Shown piece by piece: positions 61,552-64,000 of a stretch of 64,000 bases of DNA. A model generated the notes under the pieces. The model saw only the letters and a list, made by a program, of their open reading frames with translations, did no database searches and was not told where the DNA came from. Within the stretch, counting starts at the first letter, position 1, and each line of letters starts with the position of its first letter. Made by a program: the position numbers and the translations under genes. Source of the DNA: an uncultured Pseudomonadota bacterium (GTDB lineage: Bacteria > Myxococcota_A > Polyangia > Fen-1088); NCBI GenBank assembly GCA_963725905.1, contig CAVSAG010000003.1, forward strand, positions 449,546 to 513,545, given 5' to 3'.

Positions 61552-62529
61552 GTGGACAGAAACCTGGCGCTGGAGGTGGTTCGGGTGACCGAGGCGGCGG
61601 CGCTGGCGGCGGCCCGCTTCGTCGGGCGCGGCGATCGGGACGGCGCGGACCGCGCGGCCACCGAGGCGATGCGCAAGACGTTCGGGTTCATCCACGTCCG
61701 CGGGCGCGTCGTGATCGGGGAGGGGGAGCGCGATGAGGCGCCGATGCTCTACATCGGCGAGCCGGTCGGGGACGGCGCCGGTGACGCGCCCGAGGTCGAC
61801 ATCGCGGTCGATCCGCTGGAGGGGACCAACCTGGTCGCGAACGGACTGGCCGACGCGCTGGCCGTGGTCGCCATCGCCGAGCACGGGCAGTTCCTGAACG
61901 CCCCCGACACCTACATGGACAAGATCGCCGTGGGGCCGCAGGCGCGCGGCACGATCGACATCCGCAAGAGCGCGACGCACAACCTCGCTGCCGTCGCCGA
62001 GGCCAAGCGGGTCGAGGTCAGCGATCTGACCGCTGTCATCCTCGATCGCCCGCGCCACGCGGCGCTGATCGCCGAGGTCCGCAAGACGGGCGCGCGCATC
62101 CGCCTCATCTCCGACGGCGACGTCGGTGGCGCGCTGGCCACCGCCGATCCTTCGACAGGCGTCGACATCTTGCTCGGCATTGGCGGGGCGCCCGAGGGGG
62201 TGCTGGCCGCGGCCGCCCTGCGCTGCGTGGGCGGCGAGATGCAGGGGGTGCTCAAGCCCCGCAGCGTCGAGGAGCGGGATCGCGCGACGGCGATGGGGAT
62301 CGCCGACCTCGATCACGTCTTCGCGATCGACGAGCTCGCGCGCGGCGACGTCATGTTCGCGGCGACCGGCGTCACCGAGGGGTTTCTCCTGCGCGGCGTC
62401 CGCTTCACCGCGACGGGTGCGGACACGAACTCGATCGTCATGCGCTCGCGCTCCGGCAGCGTCCGGTTTCTCGAGACGCGCCACCGCTTCGAAGGGCACC
62501 CGGTCTACGGGGCCGCGCGGCAGCGGTAG
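61552..62529 (+). CDS. glpX: Class II fructose-1,6-bisphosphatase
   Basis: 325 aa. LEVVRVTEAAALAAARFVGRGD, IAVDPLEGTNL, MDKIAVGP, VILDRPRH, RLISDGDV, LGIGGAPEGVLAAAALRC, MFAATGVT. Confidence 0.92.
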   Translation: MDRNLALEVVRVTEAAALAAARFVGRGDRDGADRAATEAMRKTFGFIHVRGRVVIGEGERDEAPMLYIGEPVGDGAGDAPEVDIAVDPLEGTNLVANGLADALAVVAIAEHGQFLNAPDTYMDKIAVGPQARGTIDIRKSATHNLAAVAEAKRVEVSDLTAVILDRPRHAALIAEVRKTGARIRLISDGDVGGALATADPSTGVDILLGIGGAPEGVLAAAALRCVGGEMQGVLKPRSVEERDRATAMGIADLDHVFAIDELARGDVMFAATGVTEGFLLRGVRFTATGADTNSIVMRSRSGSVRFLETRHRFEGHPVYGAARQR

Positions 62530-62574
62530 GTCGCGCTCTCACGATCCGTCACATCTTCGGCGGTACCCACATCC

Positions 62575-63009
62575 GCGCAATCAAGATCGAGCCGTCCGCG
62601 CGCCGACGCGCCCGACCCATCCGCTTCCCGGCGCCGCCGACCGGACCTCCGCGGAATCAAGTCACGCGGGTGCCCCGCAGCAGCCGACAAGTCACGCGAG
62701 CGCCGCGGTCCCAGCGGAATCAAGTCGCCGCGGTCGCCGCGGCGGTCGGCCTCACACCGCGCAACCCGCCGCGGTCCGCGCCCGACAACGGGACATGCGC
62801 GGAATCAAGACGGTGCGACGGCGTCAGCTCAACTTGCCCCTCGGGGCGCCACGCACCTGGGGTGGCGCTCGCAAGGGCGCCGGGCGGAAACCGCGCGGCC
62901 GTCTCTCGATGCCCCACGACACGCGGCCGAAGGTCGATCCGCGATACCCGGTGCAGGTCACCATTCGCGCGACACCGGGGCTGCCGTCGCTCCGCTCTTG
63001 AATCCGCGG
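62575..63009. repeat. Cluster of GCGGAATCAAG motifs (4 direct, 1 inverted)
   Basis: gcgcaatcaaga at 62575; gcggaatcaagtc at 62651 and 62714; gcggaatcaaga at 62799; inverted cttgaatccgc at 62997. aagtcacgcg also recurs at 62659 and 62689. Confidence 0.75.
62795..63001 (+). pseudogene. N-terminal fragment (68 codons) of an IS200/RAYT-like transposase-family gene
   Basis: MRGIKTVRRRQLNLPLGAPRTWGGARKGAGRKPRGRLSMPHDTRPKVDPRYPVQVTIRATPGLPSLRS*. The WGG.RKGAGRKP...H..RP......PV.VT.R...GLPSLR pattern is the N-terminus I recognise from myxobacterial Y1-transposase-like (REP-associated) proteins. The HUH/Tyr catalytic part is absent. Confidence 0.4.
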
Positions 63010-63079
63010 ATGTTTGGCGGCCCGGAGATGTGGCGAATCGTGAGAGGCCCGCGCTAAGCCCGCCGCGAAGCTTGGGGCG

Positions 63080-63760
63080 TCAGCAGCCGTCGTTGGGACT
63101 GCCGCAGGTGTCCAGGCCGGGCCTGGTTGGATCGCAGATCTCGCCGCCGCAGGCGGCTGGGTTGAAGGTCCCACAGTCGTCCAGGCAGTTCGTCGGATCG
63201 ACGCAGAGGATCCAGCAGGAGGCGTCCGGTTGGCCGCAGCTGTCCTCGCAGGCGCTGCCGCATGCCTGGCCCCCGCAGGCGTAGGGGTCGAAGTTTCCGC
63301 AATCGTCGGCGCAGATTGAAACGGTCGTGCAGGTCGTCGGAACACAACAGCATCTGGAAGCGTACCGGCCGCAGGTGTCCTGACAGCTTCCTGGATAGCG
63401 CGGATCGCACTCCACGCCGGCACAGGCTGCGGTGTCCGCGATGCCGCAGTTGTCGACGCAGGTGTCCGGATGGGCACAAAAGGTGGCGCAGGCGTTGTCG
63501 GGGTTGCCGCACTCGTCGACGCACGCCGAGGATGACCGGCAGGATCCGACGACGCAGGGGACGCATGTTCCGCCGCTGTCGCATACGTCCCCCTGCGCGC
63601 AAGGACAGGTCAGGCCGCCGCAGCTGTCCCTGCAGCTCGAGGTGTCGGAGCAGGACGGAACGCAGGTGACGGTCTTCGTCGCGTCTCCGCACCCGAGCAG
63701 CACGAGGGCGCCGGCAAAAGCCATCGCCCGCCCCAGACCTGCTGCGCCGTTGAAGTCCAA
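63080..63760 (-). CDS. Cys-rich repeat lipoprotein
   Basis: 226 aa. MAFAGALVLLGC lipobox. About 45 Cys in recurring C.D.CG..D..AC units (ACVDECGNPDNAC, TCVDNCGIADTAAC, ICADDCGNFDPYAC, ACEDSCGQPDASC, NCLDDCGTFNPAAC). Confidence 0.75.
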   Translation of the reverse strand: MDFNGAAGLGRAMAFAGALVLLGCGDATKTVTCVPSCSDTSSCRDSCGGLTCPCAQGDVCDSGGTCVPCVVGSCRSSSACVDECGNPDNACATFCAHPDTCVDNCGIADTAACAGVECDPRYPGSCQDTCGRYASRCCCVPTTCTTVSICADDCGNFDPYACGGQACGSACEDSCGQPDASCWILCVDPTNCLDDCGTFNPAACGGEICDPTRPGLDTCGSPNDGC

Positions 63761-63893
63761 TGCCCCCCGCCTGGGGCGTCATCGACCGAACCGCGCTCGG
63801 ACTTGACCCGCGGATGGGCTGGCGCTACCGGCCCAGACGACCCGCGCTTAGGTTCAGATCATTGGTCCGGCAGACCAGGTGGGAGGGGAAGGC

Positions 63894-64000
63894 ATGGCGA
63901 TCCAGGGGGCAGAGAGTGGCGGGCGAGCGCCGAAGCGCGGGAAGGACGAGCTGGTGAGAGAGATCGCCACCGTCCGGACGGATCTCGCCGGGACGATCGG
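63894..64000 (+). CDS. 5' end of a CDS that runs off the window (hypothetical)
   Basis: GGGAGGGGAAGG Shine-Dalgarno, then the ATG at 63894. MAIQGAESGGRAPKRGKDELVREIATVRTDLAGTI..., open to the window end. Not in the ORF track because it is truncated. Confidence 0.4.
   Translation, partial: MAIQGAESGGRAPKRGKDELVREIATVRTDLAGTI

Overview
This is a very GC-rich chromosomal segment (about 70% GC by eye). Its gene content is typical of a myxobacterium of the Polyangia/Sorangiineae type. That placement is inferred from content only: three Hanks-type Ser/Thr kinases, an FHA-sigma54 activator, two ECF sigma factors, AgmX/PglI-tail proteins, and about 25 exported lipoproteins with Gly/Ala/Ser/Thr low-complexity linkers. 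Housekeeping anchors are crcB (1.1 kb), ftsH (17-19 kb), pgk (48.7-49.9 kb) and glpX (61.6-62.5 kb). I saw no rRNA, tRNA or CRISPR array. Three accessory zones stand out. (i) 29.6-42.6 kb is a patchwork of paralogous envelope genes, three ParE/RelE toxin-antitoxin modules, TA wreckage, and two dispersed repeat families that sit at gene-block junctions. (ii) 42.75-48.66 kb is a visibly lower-GC island wedged directly upstream of pgk. It carries two conflict-system cassettes: an ABC-3C-like three-gene module, and a macrodomain plus DarT-like ADP-ribosyltransferase pair in reversed gene order. Each cassette is headed by the same ~75-nt G-rich leader, and every gene in the island is broken by several frameshifts or stops (>=20 lesions in 5.8 kb). 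(iii) 50.7-58.8 kb holds duplicated lipoprotein genes, with one two-gene block bracketed by a perfect 24-bp direct repeat. In the backbone, four otherwise well-conserved genes carry single-nt indels (arylsulfatase, GH28, a SigJ-type sigma factor, a membrane protein); two of these indels lie in G/C homopolymers. Many long ORFs in the supplied track are Arg/Pro/Gly-rich antisense or off-frame artefacts of the high GC content and were not annotated.
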